Assembly: GCA_964016885.1 (NCBI GenBank) | Contig: OZ024746.1 | Span: forward strand, 36,704,001 to 36,768,000 | Source of the DNA: Eledone cirrhosa | Taxonomy: Eukaryota | DNA: 64,000 nt | Direction of reading: 5' to 3' | In this document: one piece after another, positions 40,408-52,265 of the stretch | Position numbering within the stretch: position 1 is the stretch's first letter | How the letters are laid out: the number at the start of each line of letters is the position of its first letter | Notes under the pieces: generated by a model | Seen by the model: only the letters and a program-made list of their open reading frames with translations | The model's database searches: none | Told to the model about the DNA's origin: nothing | Translations under genes and position numbers: made by a program

Positions 40408-43400
40408 GCCACACAAGGGCCAAGTGGGATGGCGGATCCACAGATGGATATGTAACCATACATTCGCCAATCCTCGATAAGAGTGTTTAAATATCGAACA
40501 TAAACTGTTCGAATAACGGTGAAATGGAGACTAGAACGTCATGTGACAGACTCTCACCCAACAGGTGCCCCCTGGCTCAGCAGCAGGAACCTGACTGTCA
40601 ACCAAATACTGCTGATGTTGGAGGAAGAAGAAGAAGGAAAGGGGCCAGAACCAACTGGACGAAAGAATTGAATAGAACTGTTATGCAATGCTACCTGAAA
40701 AGTAACCCCAAGGAGAGGGGCTACAGGAGACGGATGCATAACATCTGGAACGAGATTGGTTTATTTAAATTAGATGAACAAAAATTGGCCGGGCAGGCTC
40801 GGGTAATAAGAACTAATGGGTGGATAAGCGAGCTGGAACTGGAGGAACTGAGCAGAGAGAATGGCTTGGAGATGGCGGGTGTAGTATGCCAGACAAGCGA
40901 GCCAGTGGGAAATGAAGGTGAAGAGGTCCTGAGAACGGAGGAACCACCCGAAGCAGACAATGATCTGAATACTGAGATAAATAATACCTGGAACAGAGAT
41001 ACGGCCACTGAGGAGATGAATGCTGACGGGCTAGGACAAGATTCGGTTGACATCCTAAATTTAGTGGTAGATGAATTGAACAATGATAGTGGGAGACCTA
41101 TGAACCTAAGATTTGTAGACAGGAAAAAGTTAAAAGCAACAACAGCTAAGGTAAACAAAGTCATCCCATACCTTGAGGCGAGGAGCCTTCACCAGTGCAA
41201 CAATATCCTCAAAGCAACAGCAAATACGGTGAGGAAACTACTTGGTATAAAAGCGAGAGGAAACAACAGACAAGAAAGAGCAGAGCCGTGGTGGAAGAAG
41301 CGACTGAGTGGGCAAATCGGGGAAATGAGAAATGACATAGGAAAGCTTGAGTCACTACTGAATGGGACACTAAAAAAACATAGGCACTAAAAATAGACTG
41401 GAAATAAAATACAAAACTAGGAGTAAAAAGCTAAATATTATCATAGAGGAATTGAAGCAACGCATTGTAGCAAAGAGTGCAAAAATCAGGCGATACGAGA
41501 ACAGAGTCAGTCAGTATAAACAGAACCGCATGTTCGACAACAACCAGAAGATGCTGTTTGAACAGCTTGAGGGGAAAGAAAGAGGCAACGGCTTGATCCC
41601 TGGGGCGGAACAAACTAAAACATTCTGGATAGGAATATGGGAGCAGGATGTCAGACACAATGCCCAGGCAGGGTGGATTGAGACAGTACAGAGGGAGATC
41701 GGTGAGCAGGCACAACAACAAAATGATTTGAGTATCACAGTTGAAACTCTTAAGGGGCAGGCCAAAAAACTAACCAACTGGAAATCACCAGGCCCAGATG
41801 GTGTGCAGGGGTATTGGATTAAACATTTAACATCCCTCCACCCGAAGCTGACGGCCATGTTCAATGACTGATTGGTGTCGGGTGAGGTGCCAGAGTGGTT
41901 GACAAAAGGTACCACAGTTCTGATAATGAAAGACCGAATCAAGGGTAATGATGTTACCAACTATAGACCTATCACATGTCTGTCCGTAATGTGGAAACTG
42001 TTGACGAGCATTGTGTCTGAGGAAATCTACCATCACCTCCACACAAACAACTTGTTACCGGACGAACAGAAAGGATGCCGAAAGAAGTCACGTGGTACAA
42101 AGGAACAGTTACTTATTGATAAGATGGTAATGGGGAATTGCAGGAGGAGACACACTGATCTTGCCATGGGATGGATAGACTACAGAAAGGCATTTGACAT
42201 GGTGCCTCATTCCTGGATCACCAAAAGCCTGGAGATCTTCAGGGTGGCAGATAACATCAGACAGTTGCTAGGCAGGAGTATGGGGTCCTGGGAGACAGAG
42301 TTGACATCAACTGGAGTATCCTTGGGAAGCGTGAAGATCAAGAGAGGTATCTTCCAGGGAGATAGCCTGTCCCCTCTGTTGTTTGTCCTTGCCCTGATGC
42401 CCTTGACCATTATGCTGCGAAAAGTGAGAGCAGTATACAAGTTGGGAAGGGGAGAGCTTACCATCAATCACCTCCTCTTCATGGACGATCTTAAGCTCTT
42501 CGGGAAAAGTGAGAAGGAGTTGGATGTGCTTGTTGACACTCTCCGTATTTTCAGCAGTGATATATGTATGCAGTTTGGTATTGGTAAATGTGGAGTCATT
42601 GTGATGAAGAGGGGTAGGTTGAGCAGAAGTAACGGGATCCAGATACCAACAGGTGAGATGATAAAGGAAATTGACTCTGAGGAAGGATACAAGTATTTGG
42701 GCGTTCTGGAGGCTGATGGCATAAAGAACAAAAACATGAAGGAATTGTTAAGAACTGAATACATTCGGAGAGTAAGGAGCGTATTGAAGTCACATCTGAA
42801 CAGCAGAAATGCCATAAGCGCAGTAAATTCCCGAGCTGTGTCTATTATTAGGTACAGTGCGGGAATTCTGAGATGGAATGTTGCTGAAGAAAAAGAAATG
42901 GATAGGAAGACTAGGAAGCTATTGACTATCTACAACATGTTCCACAAGAGGAGTGATGTCGTAGACTCTACCTAAGGAGATCTGAGGGTGGAAGAGGTCT
43001 TATCAGCATAGAGGACTGTGTTCAGATGGAGAAAAACAACCTATACAAATACGTGACCTATAGTAAGGAGCCAATGCTCAGAACTGTAGTGAAGGAGGGG
43101 ACAGTAGGCCAGGGGATGTCCAAGGAGGAAATAACATCAAGGAGGAAGAACAGCCTTAAGGGAAAATCCCTTCATAGTACCTTCTTTGAGAAAACTGAAT
43201 TTAGAGATCCACAGACATGGAACTGGTTGAGAAGAGGAGACCTCAAAAAGGCTACAGAAGGAATGCTAATGGCTGCGCAGGAGCAGGCCCTCAAAACGAA
43301 GTGGTTGAAGCACCATATCTACAAGGAGGAGGCTAGCCCACTGTGCTGGATCTGTGGAGAGAGAGAGGAGACTGTGGCTCACATTGTGTCCGAGTGTAAA

Positions 43401-43759
43401 CACCTAGCCCAGACCCACTATAAGGGCTGGAGACACGATATGATGGGCAGGGTGATCCACTGGCACCTGTGCAAAGTAAACAATTTACCACATTCTGAGA
43501 AATGGTATGAGCATAGGCCAGAGGCGGTGATGGAGAACAATCAGGTGAAGGTGCTGTGGGATTTTAGGATACAGACGGACAAAAAACTGGAACACAATAG
43601 ACCTGACCTGGTGGTTGTAGACAAAGAAAAAAGATCGTGCCTGATTGTGGATGTGGCCTGCCCGTTCGACACGAGAGTGCAAGACAAGGAGAGGGAGAAA
43701 ATTAACCGATACCAGGACCTAAAGTGGGAGGTGAAAAGGATATGGAACTGCCATGAAAT
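40408..43759 (+). mobile_element. Dong family A copy 4 (longest 5' UTR, 3' end broken)
   Basis: ORFs 40524-41390, 41452-41871, 41872-42975 and 43026-43808; homology stops abruptly at CCATGAAATC. Confidence 0.93.
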
Positions 43760-44721
43760 CGAAAATGGTGCTTATCTTTATTATTATTATATCATAGTTT
43801 ATATTTAACATCGTTTAAACTAAACATTTTGAGAGAGTTTAGAGATACAACAGCAGTAATAATGATTTTTTTGGTGTTGTTGTTAGCTGTTTGACCGGGT
43901 CACTAAATCGGTCTATTTATATCTTTGTTGTTGTTGATGCTGCTGCTAATTTTGATTTTAGCTACGAGGGAATTAGGGGTTGTTGCGTTCAACACTTTTG
44001 AAATTTGTTTTTCTTTTGTTGTTGCATTTGATTTTGTCTGTGTTCTGTACTGTAATGTTTCGACTTGTTGCTTATCTTTATTATTATTATATTATAGTTT
44101 ATATTTGACATCATTTAAACCAAACATTTTGAGAGAGTTTAGAGATACAACAACAATAATTATTATTTTATTGGTGTTGTTAGCTGTTTGACCGGGGCAC
44201 TAACTCAGTCTATTTATATCTTTTTATATCTTTTGGTGACTTCCTCGCTTCTATTCATGTGTCGTTGCACTAGTACCATCCTTCTCTTTAACAGGAGGTA
44301 GTGGGAGAATAGTGGTGGTAGCGACGATGCAGTGGTGACGGTTGAGATGGGATAGTAATACTGTAGTGATTGTGTTGTTGCATCTAGCTCTATTTTTTGT
44401 GGTAGTGGTGGTGGTGGCGGCGGCGGTGGCGGTGTTGGTGGTGAAATCATTTGACTGCGTTGTTCCATTTGTCACCAGTTGTAACCATTTTCTTTTTGAC
44501 TATAATATTTCTGATACAAAATTAAAGTTTAAATATTGGAGCGCTATGCCATAATTGTTTGCAATGCCAGATCCTGAGAGTTAAGACTGGTATCTTATGT
44601 CCCTTTTGTAATAAGAATTATTCTATCACAATTTTTAAATATGTAAAAAGTCAAAAAACTGACGAGAGAGATTCCATAACACCCTGTCCACCATGTGCGT
44701 ATTCTCTTCTTCTTCTTCTTC

Positions 44722-44722
<1 letters not shown>
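43760..44722 (-). repeat. Spacer unit X, copy 3, with internal ~300-bp tandem duplication
   Basis: 43768-43925 repeats at 44068-44222; 44560-44700 is inverted homology to the starts of X1 and X2. Confidence 0.75.
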
Positions 44723-44751
<29 letters not shown>

Positions 44752-44752
<1 letters not shown>

Positions 44753-47700
44753 AGCTGCATTTATCTTGCTTTATGTTCATACGAGTTATCACCAGGTCAC
44801 AACCATTGACCTCAAGAGACAACAAGGTCCGCCATGTTCAAGAAAGAACACACATATTCACACATGCATCCTTAGTGTTTAGACTTGTGATGTACTTATA
44901 TTGACAGGATCTTCCTTAGTATATGGGCAGTTCCCATTAGTACTATCTTTTGTATTTCTCCTATACGCGGGTTTCCTGGGATTTGCGATAAGTAGTCGTT
45001 AGACCCCTTAGGTATCATTCCCAGAGCGCCTACAACCACTGGTATTGTTTTAGTTCTCAATTTCCACATTTTTCCAATTTCTATCTCCAGGTCCTTATAC
45101 TTGCTCAATTTTTCAAATGTTTTTATAGATACATTCTTGTCTATTGGAACAGACATATCAATTAGCAGGCATACCCTCCTTTGAAAGTCCTTCAATATTA
45201 TATCAGGTCTATTTGCATCTATTTTTCGGTCTGTTTGGATGCTAAAGTTCCACAAGATTGAGATGTGATCTTTTTCAAGTATGGGAGGTGGTTGATGCTC
45301 CCACCAATTCTTTTGATGGGGCAGGTCAAAATGCTTGCACATTATCCAATGTATGTATTGTGCAGCTCTGTCATGCCTGTTTAGGTATTCGGTTGGAGCT
45401 ATAGGACTGCACATTGAAATTATATGGTCAATGGTCTCTGGTTGTTTTTTGCATACACGGCATAATGGGCTGCACCCATTTTTTATTATGTTGGCTTGGT
45501 AATTTTTTGTTGGCAGACACTGATCTTGTGCGGATATAATCAGTCCTTCAGTCTCCGATTTCAGTCCAGAGGATGCCAACCACTGATGGGTTAAAGTTTT
45601 GTCAACATCAGGATTGTTAGCTCGCTCTGGGTATTTTCCATACAGAGGCTTTTCTTGCCAGTTCTTAGCCAGTTTCTGTAGCAGTTCTTTCTTTGCAGTT
45701 ACTTTTACCTGCTTTGCTTTTTCTGTGTTTTCCATTTCAGCAGTAAATGGGACTTCTGAAATTTGTAGTCCATTACTGTATCTTTGTGCATCTTTTGTAA
45801 TGGAATATGATCTTTTGGTGCTTTCGTGTTTCAAAACGAGTTTGATCATCCAATCATGTGATTCCCTTAGATATGTAGATAATCCAATTGTTGCAGTTTT
45901 CAACGCAATGTCTAACTGGATTAACCCACGTCCTCCTTCTTTCCTAGGGAGATATATTCTATCTATGTCTGCCTTAGGGTGATGCATTCTGTGCATGGTT
46001 AAGAATTTTCGGATTTTTGTATCGAGCCTACGGATCTCTGTGCTTGACCAGTTGATGCCATTGTAACTGTAGGTTACTACTGGTATGGCAAGCGTGTTTA
46101 TGGCATCGATCCTATTCCTTGCATTCAATTCCGTTCTTAAGATTGCTCTGACTCTGCGGTAACATTCCTTCCTTATCCTTTCCCTCATTGTCGAGTGCTT
46201 GATTCCGTCTCCTTCACAAACACCTAGATATTTGTAAGTTTGTTCTTGATCAAGCTCTCTTATCACGTTCCCCCGATCAAGATTAATGTCTGAACTCTTC
46301 AGCAGCTTTCCTCTGGTGAACGTTGCTTTGGCGCATTTATCCAGTCCAAACTCCATTTTAATGTCATCACTGAACTGCTTCACAGTGGATAATAGCCCTT
46401 GCAATTGTTCATCATTTTTTGCAAATAGTTTCAGGTCATCCATGTAGAACAGGTGATTAATGGTTTTGTCATAGACTCTATATCCATGTTTTGTTTCATT
46501 GAGCATTTTACTTAATGGTATAAGTGCGATGCAGAATAAAAGCGGTGATAAAGAGTCACCCTGAAAAATTCCACAATTAATGTTAACTTCTCCAGCTTCC
46601 AGTGATTTTGTTTCACTATTCAAAAGGAGTGTCGTTCTCCATGTCCTCATACTGAATGACAAAAACCTCCTGATAACGGGGGATATTTTGAAAATCTCTA
46701 AACATTTTTCAATCCAACTGTGTGGCAAACTATCAAATGCTTTTTTATAATCTATCCAAGCAATCGATAGATTTTTGTGTCTATTATGACAATCTTCCAG
46801 TATCATTTTGTTAACCAGAAGCTGATCCTTACAGCCATATGAGCCTCGTTTACACCCTTTCTGCTCAATGGGAAATAGGTCATTTGTTATCAGGTGGAAA
46901 TAGGTCATTTGTTATTATGTGTATTCAGTTAGAACTGATGTTAAAATTTTATACATTGTAGTCAAGCAGGTTATCGGTCTGTAATTTTTGGGATTGTTTG
47001 TCTCATCATTCTTCGGTAGCAGGAATGTAATGCCGTTAACTAGCCATGATGGTATCTTTTCTGGCTCCTTAACTATTTCATTGTAAAGTTGGGCTAACAG
47101 CTCATGAGACTCTGTGAAGGCATTTATCCAAAAGTTTTGTATTTTGTCTTTTCCTTGGGATTTCCATTTGCTGGTTTTTCTTAGAGCCAAGCGCAGCTGT
47201 TCAACTGTTATATTTTCCCATGTTTGTTCTTCAAGGTGAGCTGTTTCTTTCATTTGTCTGTCTATCCATGGGGCATGTATGTTATGAACTTTTTCTTCGG
47301 CCCAGATCTTTTCCCAGAATTCTTGCACTTCCTCCTTGGGTGGTATTGATTTAGCAGTTATTGTTGACTTACCAATTTTTCTGTAGAAGTTTCTTTGGTT
47401 GTTTTTGAACATATTATTGTCCTTATAGAATCTAGATCGTTTTTCAAAGCGCCTTATACGAGCAGCTTTGGCCGACACTTTTTGCTTGATTGTTTCTATC
47501 AGCATGTCTATGTCACATGTTGATCTTATACTGTACTTTTTTTTCAATTTTCTAAGTTTAGTTTGTTTAACATGTTCACCTACTTTATAGTTTGTTAAAA
47601 TTTCTATGTCAGATCGGAGAAGGTTTATTTGGCGATTGATGTTATCTTGCCAAGTAGATTTCTTGTGGGAATTCCTTTGTTTTTTCATCTTCACTCCACA

Positions 47701-48795
47701 TAAGTGAGTGGTGACTTTAGCCGATGCATAATAGAGATGATTTAAGTCAGTAATGCTTAGTTTGTTTGTGATGATAATGTTTTTGAGAATTATGTTTGTC
47801 TTGTGTATTATCTTTTGGTTCTGTTTGGAGTTCTGGATCTTAGGGAGGGTGTCTCGTTCCCCCATGTCAGATTCTTTCATTTTCATCCATTCGATCATAA
47901 TTTCATCCTTCAAGTTGGCAAGTTCATTCTCATTCATTTCTTTATCATTTACGATCTCATTATTTTCATTTGGAGTTTCATCCTGAGCATGCACTCCCCC
48001 CACTTTTTCGCTCCTTTCTTTAATTTGTTCTGTTGCCAGTGATTCCGCCCCAACTCTGGGATTCGAAGTGTTACAGTTTACCTCGTTTTCACTGACACAT
48101 GCTTCATTTTCCCTTCGCTGACTTTGTGCTACTAGCTTGATCTGATCAATTTCTATATCAGTTAGTAACTTTTTTCTTACAATAATTCTTCGTATATTGG
48201 CTAGTTTGTTACTGTCAATATAGCCTCTGTTTTCGGGATGTTTCTTTTTCCAGTTGATATATGTTTGCTCTGTATTCGATGTATTTGATGGGTAGTACAT
48301 GGCAGTGTAGAAAGCCTCAAGGACTTCTTTATTATCTTCCCTTGACCATTTTTCTCTCTTTTTCTTTGGATTTCTTGGTGGTGAGCATGGAGGGCCAACA
48401 GTAGGAGTATTCCGGTTATGGGAGGTCTCCAGCTCCGAAGTGATGGGAAGGTTTGAACCATTAGCTGATTTTTCGACCCCAGTCTGGTTCCTCTCTGAGG
48501 GACGCGGCCCTTTTTTACCCGGGTGACGGCCGATCCGGTATGAGATTTCATCATTAGACATCTACTTTATTTTGTCGCGTTTTATCCGCCAAGGGGTAAT
48601 CTTTTCGTGTTACCACTTCTAGAACGAGTGTCAACCAAGACTAGAGGGGTCGTTCTCCCCTAGAGACATGGCTATTCCCCGCCGGCCGCCATCCCGGTAT
48701 TTCTTGGTCACGGGGTTTTCTTTTTGTTGTTTTTTTTAAATTGTTATTATCATGAGTGGTTCCTTAATGTGAGCATTGCGTGGCTTAAGAATGAA
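44752..48795 (-). mobile_element. Dong family B copy 2 (full length, near intact)
   Basis: ORFs 46915-48561 (548 aa) and 44896-46908 (670 aa) in the same frame; RT, CCHC, RPDIILKD..DMSVP..KLSKYKDL; (TAA)n tail. Confidence 0.95.
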
Positions 48796-49188
48796 ATTAT
48801 TAATAATTGTCTCCACTCCAGGCCAGCAATCACCCAGTGCATTACAATAATATAATATACTTTTTGTTGTAGTTGGCTGTTATTGCTGCTGGCTATGTCG
48901 GTGGTGGTGCCGGGGCTTTTTATATTGTTGGTGAGGAAGGGGTGAGCCAGCAGTCCCATAATTGTTGATGTAGACATTTGTCCATGGCAAGGTTACCAAG
49001 TCAATCTATTTATATCTTTTGCTAGCCTCTCTCTTGTCTAGTGCTACCACCACCTTCCCTTTTCTCTCTCAAGTTAACAGGGGAATAGTGTCAGTAGCAT
49101 TGAATGAGTGGTGGCGGCGATGATGGATGTGGTGGTGTTGTGGTTACTGATATAGTATCTATGAGTTTGTGTTCGTATGTTTAATATA

Positions 49189-49268
<80 letters not shown>

Positions 49269-49276
49269 GTTGTTAT

Positions 49277-51121
49277 TCCTTGAATCTCGGTCATTGATGT
49301 TGGTTAACTGGAAAGTCCGTTGGATTGAATATCAAGCCACTACCTGCAGCCTCAGATATTCAGGACGTATCGGAGGGTTCTTGCTGTTCCAAGCAAGCAT
49401 GCCTTTTGAAGCGTTCCAAAAAGCGTGAAGGGGCCGATTTTCTTTAACCATCCCTGGAAACTTTTGGAGATAGTCCCCAGTGCGCCTATGGCAATCGGGA
49501 TCACTTTGACTTCATGGCAGTTCCAAATCCTTTTCACCTCCCACTTTAGGTCCTGGTATCGGTTAATTTTCTCCCTCTCCTTCTCTTGCACTCTCGTGTC
49601 GAACGGGCAGGCCACATCCACAATCATACACGATCTTTTTTCTTTGTCCACAACCACCAGGTCAGGTCTATTGTGTTCCAGTTTTTTATCCGTCTGTATC
49701 CTAAAATCCCACAGCACCTTCACCTGATTGTTCTCCATCACTGCCTCTGGCCTATGCTCATACCATTTCTCAGAATGTGGTAAATTGTTTACTTTGCACA
49801 GGTGCCAGTGGATCACCCTGCCCGTCACATCGTGTCTCCAGCCCTTATAGTGGGTCTGGGCTAGGTGTTTACACTCGGACACAATGTGAGCCACAGTCTC
49901 CTCTCTCTCTCTCCACAGATCCTGCACAGTGGGCTAGCCTCCTCCTTGTAAATATGGTGCTTCAACCACTTCGTGTTGAGGGCCTGCTCCTGCGCAGCCA
50001 TTAGCATTCCTTCTGTAGCCTTTTTGAGGTCTCCTCTTCTCAACCAGTTCCGTGTCTGTGGATCTCTAAATTCAGTTTTCTCAAAGAAGGTACTATGAAG
50101 GGATTTTCACTTACGGCTGCTCTTCCTCCTTGATGTTATTTCCTCCTTGGACATCCCCTGGCCTACTGTCCCCTCCTTCAGTACAGCTCTGAGCATTGGC
50201 TCCTTTCTATAGGTCACGTATTTGTATAGGTTGTTTTTCTCCATCTGAACACAGTCCTCTATGCTGATAAGACCTCTTCCACCCTCAGATCTCCTTAGGT
50301 AGAGTCTATCGACATCACTCCTCTTGTGGAACATGTTGTAGATAGTCAATAGCTTCCTAGTCTTCCTATCCATTTCTTTTTCTTCAGCAACATTCCATCT
50401 CAGAATTCCCGCACTGTACCTAATAATAGACACAGCTCGGGAATTTACTGCGCTTATGGCATTTCTGCTGTTCAGATGTGACTTCAATACGCTCCTTACT
50501 CTCCGAATGTATTCAGTTCTTAACAATTCCTTCATTTTTTTGTTCTTTATGCCATCAGCCTCCAGAACGCCCAAATACTTGTATCCTTCCTCAGAGTCAA
50601 TTTCCTTTATCATCTCACCTGTTGGTATCTGGATCCCGTTACTTCTGCTCAACCTACCCCTCCTCATCACAATGACTCCACATTTACCAATACCAAACTG
50701 CATACATATATCACTGCTGAAAATACGGACAGTGTCAACAAGCACATCCAACTCCTTCGCGCTTTTCCCGAAGAGCTTAAGATCGTCCATGAAGAGGAGG
50801 TGATTGATGGTAAGCTCTCCCCTTCCCAACTTGTATACTGCTCTCACTTTTCGCAGCATGATGGTCAAGGGCATCAGGGCAAGGACAAACAACAGAGGGG
50901 ACAGGCTATCTCCCTGGAAGATACCTCTCTTGATCTTCACGCTTCCCAAGGATACTCCAGTTGATGTCAACTCTGTCTCCCAGGACCCCATACTCCTGCC
51001 CAGCAACTGTCTGATGTTATCTGCCACCCTGAAGATCTCCAGGCTTTTGTTGATCCAAGAATGAGGCACCATGTCAAATGCCTTTCTGTAGTCTATCCAT
51101 CCCATGGCAAGATCAGTGTGT
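49277..51121 (-). mobile_element. Dong family A copy 5 (5'-truncated)
   Basis: ORFs 50107-51105, 49861-50043 and 49352-49927; (TTA)n on both sides. Confidence 0.94.
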
Positions 51122-51139
51122 TTATTATTATTATTATTA

Positions 51140-51183
<44 letters not shown>

Positions 51184-51194
51184 GTTATTGTTAT

Positions 51195-52102
51195 TCCTTG
51201 AATCTCAGTCATTGATGTTGGTTAACTGGAAAGTCCGTTGGATTGAATATCAAGCCACTACCTGCAGCCTCAGATATTCAGGACGTATCGGAGCGTTCTT
51301 GCTGTTCCAAGCAAGCATGCCTTTTGAAGCGTTCCAAAAAGCGCGAAGGGGCCGATTTTCTTTAACCATCCCTGGAAATTTTGGAGATAGTCCCCAGTGC
51401 GCCTATGACAATCGGGATCACTTTGATTTCATGGCAGTTCCATATCCTTTTCACCTCCCACTTTAGGTCCTGGTATCGGTTAATTTTCTCCCTCTCCTTG
51501 TCTTGTACTCTCGTGTCGAACGGGCAGGCCACATCCACAATCAGGCACGATCTTTTTTCTTTGTCCACAACCACCAGGTCAGGTCTATTGTGTTCCAGTT
51601 TTTTGTCCGTCTGTATCCTAAAATCCCACAGCACCTTCACCTGATTGTTCTCCATCACCGCCTCTGGCCTATGCTCATACCATTTCTCAGAATGTGGTAA
51701 ATTGTTTACTTTGCACAGGTGCCAGTGGATCACCCTGCCCATCATATCGTGTTTCCAGCCCTTATAGTGGGTCTGGGCTAGGTGTTTACACTCGGACACA
51801 ATGTGAGCCACAGTCTCCTCTCTCTCTCCACAGATCCAGCACAGTGGGCTAGCCTCCTCCTTGTAGATATGGTGCTTCAACCACTTCGTTTTGAGGGCCT
51901 GCTCCTGCGCAGCCATTAGCATTCCTTCTGTAGCCTTTTTGAGGTCTCCTCTTCTCAACCAGTTCCATGTCTGTGGATCTCTAAATTCAGTTTTCTCAAA
52001 GAAGGTACTATGAAGGGATTTTCCCTTAAGGCTGCTCTTCCTCCTTGATGTTATTTCCTCCTTGGACATCCCCTGGCCTACTGTCCCCTCCTTCAGTACA
52101 GT
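51195..52102 (-). mobile_element. Dong family A copy 6 (3' fragment, sister of copy 4)
   Basis: Within ORF 51362-52174; shares LCWICG, HDMMG, VQDKE and CHEI variants with copy 4. Confidence 0.93.
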
Positions 52103-52265
52103 ACAGAACACAGACAAAATCAAATGCAACAACGAAAGAAAATCAAATTTAAAAAGTTTCGAACGCAACAACACCTAAAACCCCTCAAATCAAAAATAGC
52201 AGCAGCAGCAACAACAACAATAGTAACCGATGTTACTGGCCTTGCAAAACAAAAAGGGAAAAAAA

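Noticed and set aside
40408-40490. HDV-like ribozyme in the Dong A leader (TCCTCG at 40471)
   Set aside because: Could not build P1, P3 or J4/2 around it
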